In this document: piece by piece, positions 63,209 to 64,000 of the stretch
How positions within the stretch are numbered: the first letter of the stretch is position 1
Layout: the number at the start of each line of letters is the position of its first letter
DNA from: Candidatus Poseidoniaceae archaeon
GTDB taxonomy: Archaea > Thermoplasmatota > Poseidoniia > Poseidoniales > Poseidoniaceae
Reading direction: 5' to 3'
Assembly: GCA_024958795.1 (NCBI GenBank)
Contig: JANXHP010000008.1
Location: 2,698-66,697, forward strand
DNA length: 64,000 nucleotides
The notes under the pieces: model-generated
Told to the model about the DNA's origin: nothing
The model's input: the letters and a program-made list of their open reading frames with translations, nothing else
The model's database searches: none
Made by a program: the position numbers and the translations under genes

Positions 63209-64000
63209 ATGGATTTCGCGCAAACCGATGAACAGGAAATGATTAGAGAGTTGGTTAGAGACTTTGCAGAGACCGTATTAGCCCCTACAGTTGAGCATCG
63301 AGATGAAAATCAAATCTCTCCGAGCGAGGAATGGGAACAATTTCTAGAATATGGACTTCAAGCAGTTACAGTGCCCGAGAAATATGGTGGCTCACCAATT
63401 GACGATGTATCCGAATCAATAATTATTGAAGAATTGGCGAGAGTAGATCCTTCATTTGCAGTAATGTACTGTGTTCATGTAGGGTTATGCTGTAAAACAA
63501 TTGCACTTCATGGTAATGAAGAACAGAAGGAGAAATATTTACCTCGACTGGCAGAAGGAGAGGTTGGAGCATATTCATTGAGCGAAGCAGGTGCAGGTAC
63601 AGATGCTGCAGCAATGACTTGTAAAGCAAAGTTGAGTGATGATGGCTCTCATTATATCTTAAACGGAGAGAAAATGTGGGTTACAAACGGAATACAAGCT
63701 AAAATTATTGTATTGTTCGCCAAAGATGTTGACCATCCAGAATATGGAGTGAAGAGACATGGTGGAACTACAGCATTTATTGTTGAATCAAGTTTTGAAG
63801 GCTTTTCAGTGGGTAAGAAGGAAGATAAGTTAGGAATTCGAAGTTCAGATACCTGTACTCTCATTTTACAGGATTGTAAAGTACCAGTAGAAAACGTAAT
63901 CAAGCAAGTAGGAAAAGGATTCCCTATAGCAATGAACGCATTGGATAACAGCCGAATTGGTATTGCAGCACAAGCATTGGGAATTTCTCAAGGTGCTTTT
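63209..64000 (+). CDS. Acyl-CoA dehydrogenase, N-terminal ~264 aa (3' end outside the window)
   Basis: I translated this by hand from the ATG at 63209: MDFAQTDEQEMIRELVRDFAETVLAP...YSLSEAGAGTDAAAMTCKA...YILNGEKMWVTNG...GIRSSDTCTLILQDCKVP...LDNSRIGIAAQALGISQGAF. The frame is open to the window end, which is why it is absent from the ORF track. Confidence 0.92.
   Translation, partial: MDFAQTDEQEMIRELVRDFAETVLAPTVEHRDENQISPSEEWEQFLEYGLQAVTVPEKYGGSPIDDVSESIIIEELARVDPSFAVMYCVHVGLCCKTIALHGNEEQKEKYLPRLAEGEVGAYSLSEAGAGTDAAAMTCKAKLSDDGSHYILNGEKMWVTNGIQAKIIVLFAKDVDHPEYGVKRHGGTTAFIVESSFEGFSVGKKEDKLGIRSSDTCTLILQDCKVPVENVIKQVGKGFPIAMNALDNSRIGIAAQALGISQGAF

Noticed and set aside
1-64000. Search for CRISPR arrays, IS elements, integrases, prophage genes, rRNA genes, and classic defence genes (restriction-modification or cas)
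   Set aside because: I recognised no regularly spaced direct repeats, no transposase, integrase or recombinase motifs, and no rRNA-like sequence. The only tRNA (Ser) is not flanked by an integrase or a direct repeat of its 3' end. The window therefore looks like core chromosome, not an integrated element.

Overview
This is a 64-kb chromosomal segment from a low-GC archaeon. The gene content suggests a marine Thermoplasmatota / Marine Group II-like lineage: class II HMG-CoA reductase, A1Ao ATPase, the archaeal AroA'/AroB' entry to the shikimate pathway, PurP, aIF2-gamma, S6e, RpoK, Orc1/Cdc6, Dph2, aerobic heme A/O synthesis, and several very large N-glycosylation-sequon-rich surface proteins. 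That lineage assignment is inference only. I support about 58 protein-coding genes and one tRNA-Ser(GCU). I saw no rRNA, CRISPR array, transposase or integrase. Housekeeping blocks are:
- an aroA'-aroB'-aroK-aroC-aspartokinase operon (6.9-12.1 kb, minus strand)
- a MacB/FtsX-type ABC transporter (12.9-16.1 kb)
- purP, kynA and rpoK
- ctaA and ctaB
- the nine-gene atpHIKECFABD operon (31.3-39.8 kb)
- panE and nadB
- smc-scpA-scpB (46.0-51.9 kb)
- hmgA
- the aIF2-gamma / S6e / cdc6 / dph2 / hpt block (57.3-62.7 kb)
- the 5' part of an acyl-CoA dehydrogenase gene

The parts not explained by housekeeping, and the best candidates for an undescribed system, are:
1. 16154-17845. A membrane-tethered protein built from one TM helix, a ~145-aa ER/K-type charged helix, and two tandem ~85%-identical DUF2135/YfaP-like modules. 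It sits directly after the ABC transporter.
2. 23.9-30.4 kb. A 989-aa anchored surface protein lies divergent from an operon that encodes a pilin/TadE-like-anchored lamin-tail-domain protein and three RecA/KaiC-like paralogs. One paralog has an intact P-loop and two have degenerate ones.
3. 53.2-56.8 kb. A dense TTAAC/GTTAA motif array precedes a three-gene overlapping operon: an Orc/Cdc6-architecture AAA+ protein with a Walker A K->R change and a ~300-aa acidic linker, a cytoplasmic beta-propeller protein, and a DUF357 protein.
4. 0.7-6.9 kb. A five-gene MoxR-DUF58 envelope module whose MoxR carries a 57-aa Pro/Ala N-terminal extension.
5. 39921-42467. A site-2-protease (M50)-like polytopic protein in which all three zinc ligands appear to be replaced, fused to a ~430-aa extracytoplasmic domain.

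All family assignments come from reading motifs in the supplied translations against remembered family consensus. No database search was run.
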